From positions 9,302,001 through 9,366,000 of the forward strand of contig NW_024704743.1 of the NCBI RefSeq assembly GCF_018977255.1: a stretch of DNA of 64,000 nt, given 5' to 3'. This DNA is from Callorhinchus milii (taxonomy: Eukaryota). The position numbers and the translations under genes were made by a program. The notes under the pieces were generated by a model. It ran no database searches, was not told where the DNA came from, and worked only from the letters and a program-made list of their open reading frames with translations. Of the stretch, positions 1 to 12,265 are shown in pieces (within the stretch, counting starts at the first letter, position 1; the number at the start of each line of letters is the position of its first letter).

Positions 1-230
1 GAGTTACCATCCTTTGAAATAGATATTAAACCAGGGGCTACCACTTTAGGTGACGGTTAAGGATTCCATGGCACTATTCAAAAAGAAATGGGAAGGTTTT
101 CTTGGCTTCCTGGCCAACAATCCCCCAAATAAAATTCATCATTCACTTTGTGGATGTTTGTGGGATGTTATTGTGCACAAATTGCCTACAAATGTACACA
201 CATAATTTACAGTACAATTTGAAGCATCCT
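1..230 (+). mobile_element. Deu-core SINE fragment (SacSINE1/AmnSINE1-like), diverged
   Basis: gatattaaaccagggg...ttaaggattccatggcactattcaaa core followed by the shared tail. Boundaries approximate. Confidence 0.7.
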
Positions 231-554
231 CCCAACATGAAATTCCACTTTGTTAAGACAAGCGCAGTTCGTTTTAAATTTAAGATGGTACAAAATGGCG
301 TGAACAATTCTTAAATTGATTCTCAATTTGGAAGCTGGTTTTCTGCAGCTTTTCAATTCCTGACCATTCTCGTAGTAAAAGAAAAATGGCCGAATTCCAA
401 GCCAACAGGTTACCGCTGATATCTGTGTATGCTACATGAAAAGCAGGAAGTGACATTGATGGCAACCTAATGACTTGGAAGATGGCCATTTTACCATGAA
501 AATCTGACAGTTACAAGGGAAGCCAATAAGTTGAAAGAAAAGACCTCTGCAATG

Positions 555-940
555 TTGAGGGGCTGGGTAGACTAGAGCTGCATTCTTTACAGCTGAAGAG
601 GTTATGAGATGATCTGATTGAGATATTTAGAATAATTTGAAAGGAACCGACAATATAGACAATAAGAAGAGATCCCAAAAAAAGCAATCATCTTAAAATT
701 AGTACTAAACCAACTAGAAGCGGGGTATGAATATGTGGGATGCAATGTCCAAGACGGTCTCACTGGCAGAAACATCTGGGTTGTTTAAAAGGAAGATCAT
801 CTTCAAAATGTCCAATCACATTGGGAAATAAGGCTATTTAAGGGCTACAGAACAAAGCCAGGAAAATGGAATTAGAAAATCTGCCAATGATCAAATAAAC
901 AGGCGGAACAAACGCGATAGGCTCCTCTTGGTCCTATAGT
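555..940 (+). mobile_element. CR1 LINE 3' fragment, highly diverged
   Basis: Similar to the CR1 3' end at 23040-23469 (gactagag...gaagaggtta..gatctgattgagatatttagaat). Boundaries approximate. Confidence 0.55.
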
Positions 941-2039
941 GCAAAATTCTGTAAGGCCTTAAATTTTAAGTCAGTGCTGAGACCCAGTGAGATTTCTAGC
1001 CACTGAAGTATGAATGCCGATTGATCTTTGTCCTCCCTGGCCCACAGTGTGGAGAACAACTGCAGCACCACGATGTGAGAGGGGAATGGAAAAGTAGCTT
1101 AACTGCTTGAAATAAGTGACCGGGGAATACGAGATCTGTGAAACCTGTGAAACAATAATTAAAACAATGTAATGAAAAGGACGACTTTGCCACTGAGGTT
1201 TAGTTGTTTAATATTGCCAAAGTCATCCGCTGTTTGACTCGTGAAATCACTGAATAATAAAATTAGAGGGATGCATAATTCATCACGTCGAGCTCCGACA
1301 TAGACTAAAATGCACACAACACACAGGAGGTAAAAAAAAAGTTGCTTTTGACCATGCAGCAATAACACAAGAACATTCATAAGTGAAACAACCCTAGAAA
1401 AGCGCCCAGGTTACTCTGTTTAGAGAATCCCAACATAAAGCAGTTTAAACAAGCGATAAAAGCTAATTCATTGTGATTAACTGCAAGGTTCTAACTGTGA
1501 TAGATCGAAAAGCAATCATCTGTAAATAATGACATTTGTTGATGGCACCGACGCTTACTGGCTATAAATGCCGTGCGATACTTATTAGCTAAATCAAAGC
1601 ATAAAAGCTAATGAACTGGAATGCATTGCCTCTGAAAGATAATTAAAAGACATAGTGAACAATCAAAATAAGTTTGCTTTCCTTGCAGAACAAACATTCT
1701 CTCTTTCCTAATCACTCATATGGATTGTTTTAAATATATAAAAACACACACAATAAAAAAATTAAGAAATTCAAAATAATTTTCCTCCCCCCTTTTTTTG
1801 CTGTCTCAAGTCCACACACTTCCTCCCACAGCTGCCATTAATCTCCCTCCCTGGATCAGGTAACAGGAAATGTATTTCTCTGGCATGGGAGCCAGGCCTG
1901 CTGGGCTCTTTCCTCCATTGATGAATAACAATCGTCCAGCAAGCAGTACTCCATCGAGTGGCCTAACTGAGAAGTGCTATAACACGGCCAACAAATACTC
2001 TGATGTTTGAATGTCGAAGCCTAGATTTGCCTTCTCAGA

Positions 2040-2110
2040 CAGAAAGAGAGAGAGAGAGACAGTGAGAGAGAAACAGACAGAAAGACAGAGAAACACAGAG
2101 ATTGAGAAAC
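2040..2110. repeat. GA-rich degenerate microsatellite
   Basis: agaaagagagagagagagacagtgagagagaaacagacag. Confidence 0.8.
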
Positions 2111-2884
2111 ACATACATGGGGACAAAATTAACACCCGATCATATCAAAACATCTCAAAATGCTTTGAGGACATTGTGTTAAGTTTAATGACAATTTGTT
2201 TTTGGTCAGCTCAATGTTTGACACATTCAGAACCTGTCAGCATGCTTAAGAGTATCTAAACCCACCAGCGTTCCACATGTGTATGCCAGCTACACATGAA
2301 AACATCCTTGCGTCTGGAATGGAATGCTCACTCTCTCCGGGTGGGAGACAACCTGCTTACCTCATTCCGTATTAGCTACAGGTTGGCAAGAGCCAAGACT
2401 TGGGAGACCCCTAAAGTGTGCATAGGGTACTATTGGAGTGTAACTAACACGGTACAGTTTCTCATTATCTAGCAAGTCCCACTGCTTGTTCAGCTAGAAC
2501 CACTCAACTTGTTGGAACTTTGGTTTGCAGGGTTAATAGGAGCTGCATTGGAGGGTTAAACCTCTAAGTACAGCCAGAACATACCAAAACAAAACACATT
2601 TATTCTTGAATATAACACTAACTGTAAGCCAAAAAAAACTTAAATCATTGACAGAAACATTTTTAAAAGAAATTAATATTACTCTGTGTTCACGATTACA
2701 GGATGCTGGTAATTAGGCACTGATACTTCACAATTGTTCATCAATTTCTCCCATTTACATGCATCATTACTTTTGGGGCAATATTTAGACATGTCAATGA
2801 TAGCAGAAAAACGCTTAATATTAGGTGTTCGCATGAGGTATTAAGGAACAAACAATATTCGTGCAATCCTACTTGTCAGATTGT

Positions 2885-3320
2885 GTAGTCCTGTAGCTTA
2901 GTGGTTAGAACACTCGCTTGCAAGCGAGAGGACCTGGGTTCGATTCCCGGGCAGGGCGAAACGTTGGGCAAGTTTCTTTACTCCACACGCCTCTGTTTAC
3001 CTAGCAGTACGTAGGGACCTGGCTGTTAGTCGATTGGTGAATTGCTTTTCCAGGGGTAATAATCCCTTCAAAAACTAAAAATAATAATAATAATTTGGTC
3101 ACTCAATCCCCGACTGTTTGTGGGACTCTGCTGTGTGCGATTGGCTGCCGCGTTTCACCCACAAAATACACAGTCAATTCACTTTACAGTATATTTTGTG
3201 AAATTCTTTGAGACAACAACATCAACTTGCATTGATATAGTGCCCCATACGCAGGGTAGCATCCCAGAGGGCTTGAAGACGCGATGGGGCTCTGTACCAA
3301 ATGCAAAGATTATTATTATT
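2885..3320 (+). mobile_element. tRNA-derived SINE (family A, resembling chimaera SINE2-type elements), near full length, with a short inverted L2 tail inserted at 3214-3274
   Basis: A-box tagcttagtgg, B-box ggttcgattcc, body gggcaagtttc.ttactccacacgcc, tail ...aaatgcaaagattattattatt. More than ten related copies in the window. Confidence 0.9.
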
Positions 3321-3557
3321 AATAAAATAAAAATAACGATTCACCATAACGTGACTGATTTTAGCACTGACAATGCATTGAGTAACTATATTCATGCAAT
3401 TTGCTATACTAACTAACGTGCTTTTGGTCATATAGCCCCTCCTCCCCTCCCCCACCTCCCAACCACAACACTGGTGCCCAGTTGAAATTGTCAAGGGCTT
3501 TAGGAATGCTCCCGATGTGAAAGTCTCCATATAAGTGTAAATTGTATTGTAACTTAA

Positions 3558-3930
3558 TAATAATCCCTGCATTTGTTACAGCAGCTTCTCACCCCGGCCA
3601 AATTGCTCAAAGTGCTTCCCATGACTGTACCATGAGGCCCACTGACAAGTTGCAGGCAAGTGTGCAGACAATTTGTACACAGCAAGGTCTCAAACAGCCA
3701 TAAAGTAAATGACCATTTTTTTNACACAAGGGAATCACTGGCCAGGTCATAGGGAGAAACTTCCTTCTCTTTTCAAATAGTGTCAGCTGAACAGGCAGAG
3801 ATGACCCCTGAAAATGCAGCGGTCCTCCAGTACTGTATTGGAGTGTCAGCCTAAAATGTGACCTTGAAGTCCTGAGGTTGGGCTTAAACCCAGAAACTTC
3901 TGATTCAGAGTTGAAAGTGCTACCAACTGA
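3558..3930 (-). mobile_element. Deu-core SINE, diverged
   Basis: Reverse-complement head (...ctcagagttgaaagtgctaccaactgacac), core and aataataatcc tail. Confidence 0.7.
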
Positions 3931-4399
3931 CACAGGCTGATACCCAACTAAGCTCAAATGCCTCTTCCTCCACAACAATCCATTGTTGGGTAGGAAGAGA
4001 CATTTGAACAAAGCCGCTCTATCCATTGTTCTTTCAGACCGCTGGTGGGATGCTCTAATGTTTCTTTCTTGCACTCCCTGGCCTTCAGGTAATAGATCTT
4101 ACATGCCCACATACATACAATTCCCTATTTGAATTAATGAGTGAATACCCCTGTCATTAACTAAAATACTAATTAAATTGCACAACCAAGCGTATTTTTC
4201 TGCAAATATTTTAATTAATTTCAGCCTTTCTAGCTTTCTACGCTCCCCTCCTGTGGGTGCTGAATCTTGATGACTTACAGTTCCATGGTGCAGACAACTT
4301 TCCACTTCCTTGCTCCCATTACTGTTCATCATGTGTAATGTCAGACAGAGAGTATTCTTGTCCACTAAGAGTAACACAATTTTTATTCTATTATGTATA

Positions 4400-4635
4400 T
4401 TCTACTTCAACCATTACGTGCCCTAACTATGGAACTCTCGGCCTCAATCCCTCCATCTTGCCTCCTTCCCCATCTTCAGATTACACCCTGAAGATCTACC
4501 TTCTTCTTCGACCATGTCTATGGTCACCTCACCCTTCTCCCCAACTCTGCGTCAAGCTCTGCTACTGTGAAGCGCTCTGGGACGCTACCCTACGTGAAGG
4601 GTGCTATATAAATGCAACTAGTTCTTGTTGTTGAT
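4400..4635 (+). mobile_element. L2 LINE 3' end
   Basis: tatggaactctc...ctgaagatctacct then gaagcgctctgggacgctaccctacgtgaagggtgctatataaatgcaa...(gtt)n. Confidence 0.75.
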
Positions 4636-7525
4636 ACACATCCTTTCCCAACAAAAGTGAAGCACATGGGGTAAACACACATGGAACTCTCAGTCTGGTT
4701 TGGATATTCTAAAGCACAAGAAAGGTTCGAATGAAGAAGGTCCTTCAGACCATTCGATCTCATCCTTCTAGATTACCCATGCCACAGTCCTCCCATCACA
4801 GCATCAAGTTCCTAACAGAGAGAGATGGAAAACAAAATGTTTAACACAGCAATGGTGGGAGCAGAATGTGTGAGAACCAGAGAGGATATTACAATAGGAA
4901 ATAACAACAGCAATACCTTTAATTCATTTTTAAACAGCTTGAGACTTATATGTCCTGTAACTGAAGAATGAGGAAATTACCTGGGATACAGTCATAAAGC
5001 AATTCGTTGCTCTGGAGGTATTTTAATTATTTGTTGTTTAAAGGAGTCAGTAAGGAAATATGCCAACGTTTTAAGTGTCAGTGAACTTAAAATTCTGGAC
5101 ATTAGAAAGTTCACAAAACATGTAGGAGTCTCATAACAAACTCTTCTGAGTGGCACTCCTATTACAACTGGCATTTAGCCAGAGTATCACATCCAGCAAG
5201 TCTGTGGTCTACAGAATTGGCACAACGCGCTGTTTCTGACAGGCAGAGCCATGCATAACTGCAATAATTTAACATGCAAGGAAGAAAAATTCAGGCTTTG
5301 GCTATGATACAAAGTAGTTTCCGCAAGAAATACCAGCTTCCCTATTCAGTAAACGTTGGTAACAAACAATAGACTATAAATCAGCACCTTAACAAAGCCG
5401 TCTTATATAAACAAATCTGAGAATAGCACCAAAGCAGGAAAATGCTACAAGTCGTTCTCCATATTAGGCAGTGAGCCTACTTTAATACATGTGGAAACAT
5501 CTGCATATTCGTAGCCTAAAACCTTCAATTTGATAACCTTTGTCTGTTCTTTTTCAAACCCATTATACAAGTTATTTGATTCAAAATATTTAAACATCAT
5601 ACTGTTATGTGGGTAACAAATATGCTTGGAATCCCAAACAGAAAACATAACAGACTGCTGCAAGCGTGCTGCATGCGAGCAGACACACACACAAAAATGT
5701 GCAAGTACACAAATTTGCACACGCAGGCACACACAAACATCTTGATAAAATTAGTCATTCACTTAATAATAATAATCCTTGCATTTGATATAGCGCCTTA
5801 TCACATCTTCGAGTTGTCTCAAAGCACTTCACAGGATATACTGTAAAGTGTCCTACAAACAGTCGTGGATTGAAGTGACCGGGCATTTGCAGGACAAATT
5901 GCACAAATTGACTTCCCAGTCACTGCGCTTCACAATTATTCATATGAAGCGCTTTGAGACAACTTAGCAACGTGATAAGTCATTATATCAAACACAAGAA
6001 TTATTATTATTTCAAGACTTCCATTAATCCAATATTCCATAATTCTTCCTGGCATTCATAAAAAAACGTTAGCCTCTTTGACTCATTATTTTCCCATTGC
6101 TTTACTTTGTTCAGACACAAGGTAGAAATTCCATCTGGGTCTAGTTTTGCTCTATTTTCTTAGAACTTCAGAGTATAGAATTTGGCGAATTCTAACAATT
6201 CAAAGCTGGTTTTCTGCAGTTTTTCTAAATAAACTATAGAAAACCAGCTTCCGAATAAGATGAAATTGAAGAATTTGCCAACTATTGAATAAGGAATCAA
6301 TAAAATAAAGGCAATATGAAAATAGCAACAATATCAAATATGTCGGATTCTCAGTGGGAGAGATCTTTGATTGATGGGCATCATTTTAAAACAACATTTT
6401 AAGCAACAAATGCAATTTCAGAAAAATTCATATTCTGATGAAAAATTATTATTGGGACATGAATGCAATGGTTCAAAATAAACCAAAATGTTCTTCTAAG
6501 TCTACTTCTTCCATTGATCTTTGAGGCCACGAGTGGATTAAGATATCGGTTCACTGCCTCAATGTTTCAGAGTTTCTTGTTAAAAGATTTACTTCCACGT
6601 TCAACAAGCCGCCACGCATTGAAATCATTCAGAAATGAAGACGATCTGTCTGTGTAAGTTCCTGTGCCCATCCAAATGACTTTGCTCCCAGGTGATGTGG
6701 TGCGTTTTCAAACACATGTATATATGGTTTCCATTATGAACAACTTTGAAAAGCAACCATCAGCAGATGGTCACAAACTGCTTACAGTACCAAGAGTAGT
6801 ACAGACACCGTGACAGGTTTAAGTTATTATGTGGAAGATTTATTCATTTCTGATACCTGCAGCGATTTTGTTTTCTTTTTTGGAACTCAAAAACTTACAC
6901 TTTGTGCCTTTCATGTCGCAAAGAGCTTTGCAGAAGGAGATTAATTAGAAATGATGTGGGTGTGATTGGAGGTAAGCCTGGCAGCTAATTTGCACCAGCA
7001 GCACCCTACAAACCACACTGCGATCAGAAGCCAATTATTCAGGATTTGGGGGGATGAATTTGTGCAAGGAGAATCACATGCAAAAATAGCTGATTTATAA
7101 TAAAGATTGATAAGTTTTATAAGCAGTTGTCATTATCTTAACCATACGCTATTCAGACTTTACTTGGAGCATTCTGCTGGGAAGTTCCCAAATTTAAGGA
7201 GGACATTGTTTCTATTTTAAATGGGTTCTCTAGAGTTTAGGAGTACAGATCCCCAGAAGTCGTGCCCAAACTGTGCAGTGGTCTGGATGGTCAGACTTCA
7301 CCTACATTTACAGTAATGTTCGCCATGTTATGCTGGAGGTAGGGCAGATAACAAGGATGATCCCCAATAGTACAGGAATACGCTATGAGCTGGGCCAATA
7401 GAAGTGTGGAAATATTTGCCTTACAGGGAGATTTGCCAATTTTGCAGGGAATTTGCCAATTTTGCGGGTGGTGGGGGGGTTAAAATGCCGAGGAGTTGAT
7501 TAGTGCTGTTGAGGTACATTCGCCC

Positions 7526-8800
7526 ACAACAACATTACATTTGTGTAGCGTCTTTCATGTCGGGAGTCCCAAGGCACTGGACAGTGTACAGCATTTCAGA
7601 CCCGAGCTGCGGTCAGGAGGGAGAAGGGAGGGGAGGGAATGGGGGTGACCAATGGCATGGTCAAAGAGGCGGAACTTGGAGGAGACTAAGGAGGGGGCGA
7701 GGCAGAGTGATTGGGGGATGGAGGGATGGAGTTCCAGAGGTTGGGGGCAGAGTGGCTGAAGGCTCTCCTGTCAATGGTGGGGCGGGAGATATGGAGCAGA
7801 CCAGAGCCGACTGAGCGGAGGGAGCGGGGTTAGGAGGTCACAGAGATAGGGTGGGGCGAGACCATTGAGGACTTTGTGGGTGAGGACCAGGATCTTGAAC
7901 TGGATCCTCTGAAGGATAGAGAGCCAATGGAGTCGGGCGAGAATGGGGGAGATGGGGTCATAAGAGTTTGGTGCAGGAGAGGACACGGGCTGCAGAGTTC
8001 CGGATTATCTGCAGCCTGTGGAGGGAGGCGTTGGGAAGGCCGACAAGCAGGGGTGAGGTACTGGTGGAGTCGGGCAATGTTACGGAGGTGAGGGAAGGCA
8101 GAGCGGGTCATGGCTTGGATGTGGGGAAGAAAAGACAGTTGAGGGTCGAACAAGACACCTAGGTTCATGACTGGCTTGGTAATTTGAAGTGTGCAACCAT
8201 GGAGGTTGATGCTGCCAGACCCTGAGGTGCTGAGGCACTGGCGCGAGCCAATCAGGAGGACCTCAGTCTTCTTCATATTCAACTGTGAAATTTGCCCTCA
8301 TCCAGGACTTGATGTCCGACAGGCAGTCTGTTAGGACACGAGTGGTCCTGGAGTTGAGGGTGGAAGCAGAAAGATAGAGTTGGATGTCATTCGCATACAT
8401 ATGGAAGTTGACCCCATGTCTGCGGATGATGTCACCAAGGGGGAGCATGTAGATACTAAAGAGGAGAGGGCCAAGGACACAGCCCTGGGGGATGCCAGAC
8501 GTGACAGTGCGGGGGCTGGAGGAGAAACTGTTAGAGGCAACAAAGTGGAGATGGTGAGAGAGATAGGAATCGATCCAGGCAAGGGCAGGTCCGCAAAGAT
8601 TAAGTAAGGAGGAGAGGCGGTGTATTGGTTGACGGTGTCGAAGGCGGCAGAGAGGTCAAGGAGGACAAGGAGGCAGAGGGAGCCCTGATCACAAATGTTC
8701 AGAATGTCATTAGTGACTTTGACCGAGCTTGTTTCCATGCTGTGAGCAGCGCGGAAGACGGATTGGAGGGGTTCAAAGAGGGAATGAGGAGACAGAAAGG
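7526..8800 (-). mobile_element. L2 (CR1-clade) LINE, 5'-truncated ORF2/RT fragment with 3' tail, frameshifted
   Basis: ORF pieces read LLDLSAAFDTV, HMYANDIQLY, KTEVLLIG, NLGVLFDPQLSF and LHWLSILQRIQFKILVLTHKVLNGLAPPYLCDLL, which are typical L2 RT motifs. Confidence 0.92.
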
Positions 8801-9104
8801 AGTGTACAGTCAATTCACAAGTATACACAAATGTACAGTCAATTCACTTTACATTCTGTGAAGTGCTTTGAGACATTAGAAGATGTGAGAAGCGCTATAT
8901 CAAATGCAAGGATTATTATTATTATATTACTGACAACCTATATTTTTTCACTTCATTGATAAAAAACAAACATGAGGAAATAACACATATTAGATTGTTG
9001 CAAAAAAAAGTAATTGCTTCTTTAACAAAAACTGGATGGCCTTTTTTTGGGAAGGGAAAGGGGGGAACCCCAGGGAGACTATAGGAGCTCTCAGGGTCCA
9101 GTAC

Positions 9105-9282
9105 CGCACACAGACCCAGAGAGAGAAAGAGAGACACACACTCACAAAGAGACACTCACAAAAACATAGACACACACACAGACACGCCCACAAACACACA
9201 GAGGAGACACACACAGACATATTTATACAGACACACATACACAGAGATACAGAGATATACACACAGACAATCATATACATAC

Positions 9283-9315
<33 letters not shown>
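9105..9315. repeat. Compound (AC)/(AG)/(TA) low-complexity microsatellite
   Basis: Directly visible; produces the spurious C/V- and H/T-rich ORFs at 8990-9422. Confidence 0.9.
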
Positions 9316-9359
9316 ATCACAATGGAATTAAAAGTAAACAGAAGAATGCTACCAAATAC

Positions 9360-9690
9360 GATTAGGTAGCAGAAAAGAGGGCACAGGATCAGGGTTGCAA
9401 AGAGCAATTTCAGGACAGACATTAAAACATATAGAATGATTAATGACTAAAACAAGTTACCGGGGAGGGTGGTTTAGGCCAGTATGCTGGACTCATTTAA
9501 GAAATAGCTTGACATTGTAATGGATGGACAGTAGCGAGGGTATTCTGGAGGGATAAGATTAAATGTGCCGAAGGACTTTCTTCATCCAAAGCACTTGTGA
9601 TCTTGTGAAATAAAATAAGAACATAAGAATATGCCAGGCGAAAGAAGACCAAGGTCCATCTAGTTCGCCTTCCACCATCCTGGTTGTCGA
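9360..9690. mobile_element. CR1 3' fragments (plus-strand fragment followed by a minus-strand tail)
   Basis: ataagaacataagaa...aagaccaaggtccatctagttcgccttccaccatcc is the reverse complement of the tail seen at 45145-45213. Confidence 0.65.
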
Positions 9691-10415
9691 TTGACATGTC
9701 ATGTCCCAAACTATACACTGTATCCCAAGATATTATTTTATAGCTGAAATCTATCTAATTTAAATAAAACCCACAGTTTGATACGTTTAAAGTTGTGAGG
9801 TCATGTAATTCTCCAAATAATAATGATTTGAGTTTACATGAAATCAGAATAGATCCCTCAACTCAAGAGATACATGTAGCATGTAAAATACACAGTCAAT
9901 CCACTTTACAATATATTCTGTGAAGGGTTTGAGACATCTAAACAATATGATAGGCGTATAACAAATGTAAGTATTATTATCCTAAAGCGGTTTAAAAGAT
10001 ATTGACTAGAAAAGTATGGAGAGGAAAATGAGCTGGAACAGCTGGGAGCAAAACAAATCAAACATAAAAAAAAGCCTAGAATTTTTTTCCTTTTTCAGTT
10101 ATCAACAAGGCTCATCAAATTCAAGTTCTCATCAAGTATGTTTCTTCAGATCAAAACAAGTTGTTCTAACTCTTGTCTACTTTATTGCTGATATCACATT
10201 GGAACACTGTGTGCAATGTGTTCCACTTTCAAAAGTGGGCCTGTTGCATTGAAGAGCTAACAGTGCGAAATCTAGAGCTTACAAACTGTGAACAAACAGA
10301 GAGGAACACTGACACCCTGGGCGCTTAACAGAGCACAAAGGATATGGGTCCAAATGCCCCACTCTGCCCAGTTCTTGATTTGAGCCGCGCGTCAGGCAGG
10401 GAGGCTGCAATGTCT

Positions 10416-10880
10416 GTGTCAATCAGTAACGCTCCTGCCTCTGAGTCAGAAGGCTGTGGGTTCAAGCCCCACTTCACAGCGTTGAGCTCACAGTCCAGGC
10501 CTGGCACTCCACACAGTGCTGCATTGCCAGAGGTGATGGACTGAGATGTTAAACTGTGGTCCCGTCTGTCTGTTCAGGTGGATGTTAAAGATCTCACGAC
10601 ATTAGTTGAAAAGAGAAGGGAGTTCCTCCCGGTGTCTAGGCCCAGAATCCCCCAGATAAAATTGGTCATTCTCTTCATGACTGTTTGTGGGGCATTGCTC
10701 TGGGATGCTACCCTGAGTGAGGGGCGCTATATAAATAAAAGTAATTGTTGCTGTGCGCAAATTGCCACATTTGCCCACAAAAATACACAGTCATCAGACT
10801 TTACCGTAAATCCTGAGAAGGGTCTTTTGACGTTCTCCCAACGTGAAAAGCTCTACTTCAAATGCAAGTATTATTATTTA
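10416..10880 (+). mobile_element. Deu-core SINE, near full length, with a short L2-tail insertion at 10697-10750
   Basis: Head gcctctgagtcagaaggctgtgggttcaagcccc; core gagatgttaaactgtggtcccgtctgtctgttcaggtggatgttaaagatc; ATT tail. Confidence 0.85.
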
Positions 10881-11539
10881 TCAGGGTGTCAGTGTTCCTC
10901 TCTGTTTGTTCACAGTTTGTAAGCTCTAGAATTTGCACTGTTAGCTCTTCATTGTCCCACTTCAGGGAAGAGCAGGGAGCAAAGATAGAACAAGGACTTC
11001 CTGCCTGGACATTTTGCATCTCTAGAAAGCTGCTCACAAAGACATTGCTGGAGAATGTGGCTCCAGCAGCAAGCCCTAGCAGAGCAAGAAAAAAAAACAG
11101 GAGGATAATTACAAAAGAGCCATCATTTTCATGTCACCATCTGGAAACAGTCCATTAACTTCTTGTTTTAATAGAATTGGTTTTCTTCCTGTACTTAGGG
11201 TGTTTGCGCAAGAGATGATCCACAGTTGTGAATTGCTGATTATAGTTAAATGATTCAGGTTGGACCAGTTGAAATCATTATGAAAATTAGCTAGAAAACA
11301 GCTCCAAAAGATGTTAGTGGCTATCGTAGGGGTATTCGGACAGTGGAGTCTTGCTCTACCATTTTGTTAGATCATGTCTGATCTTTAACTTAATACATAG
11401 AACAATACAACACAGAAACAGGCCAATTAGCTCCCACCACTGGTACTGCTATGGATTTCACTCATTGTCTTTTAAAAGCCCAGTTATAGAGGCAATATAG
11501 TCGTATATGTTTTAATGGTGTTCTGTAGCTGTAAAGATT

Positions 11540-11680
11540 ATCATAGAATCATAGAATTATACAGCACAGAAGGAGGCCATTTTGCCTCTCGCGTCTGTGC
11601 CGGCTCTTTGAAAAGAGCTATCCAATCAATCCCACTCCCCCTCTCTCCCCATAGCCCTGCAAAATTGTCCTCCCCAAATA
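11540..11680 (-). mobile_element. CR1 3' terminus
   Basis: atcatagaatcatagaa = reverse complement of the (TTCTATGA)n CR1 tail; matches 23380-23469. Confidence 0.8.
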
Positions 11681-11924
11681 ATTATGTAAGAACAGGAGCA
11701 GGCTTGCTGCCTTTTCTCCCATTTGCCTGCCTTTTCTCCCTGATGCCTGAACTTGCCAACTTGAAAATGGCCTATTTAAAGGGAGAAGGGGTTACAGAAA
11801 GATTATTCGATGGTTTCAGAATTGCTGATGCTAAAATTTTAGAAGCAAAGTATCTAAGGGTGGCAGTCTGGCTTGGCTGAAAGCACTTTCCTCCTGTATT
11901 CAACCGATTCTGATCCATCCTTTT

Positions 11925-12265
11925 GGTGAGATGTTAAACCAAGGTTAAGCTGGGCATTAAAGATCCCGTGGCACTCTCTGAAAAGATCAAGTTAATATAC
12001 AAGGTTTCCCATTTCTGTGTTATCACCAACATTTACTATCAGATATTGACTCTAACAGACTCACTGTCCTGGCTACAAATTTCTCCAGCTAAAATTGTTC
12101 ATTTGCTTCATGCCTGTTTGAGCTACATTGCTGCGTGCAAATTGGCTGCCACGTCACCTAGAAATATACAGTCACTATATGTTACACTAAATCTTGTGAA
12201 GTGCTTTGAGGTGTCCTTCCTATGTGAAAGGCACTAATATCAAATTCAAGGATTATTATTTATTA
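11925..12265 (+). mobile_element. Deu-core SINE 3' half
   Basis: gagatgttaaaccaagg...taaagatcccgtggcact... followed by the shared tail. Confidence 0.7.

Noticed and set aside
2885..2958. tRNA-like cloverleaf with A/B boxes
   Set aside because: It continues into a SINE body and tail and recurs in many diverged copies, so it is a SINE head and not a tRNA gene.
3723..3723. Single ambiguous base n (also at 25843)
   Set aside because: Sits next to homopolymer runs; a sequencing/assembly ambiguity with no biological meaning.
8990..9422. Cys/Val- and His/Thr-rich ORFs (also 18818-19042)
   Set aside because: Translations of AC/GT microsatellites.
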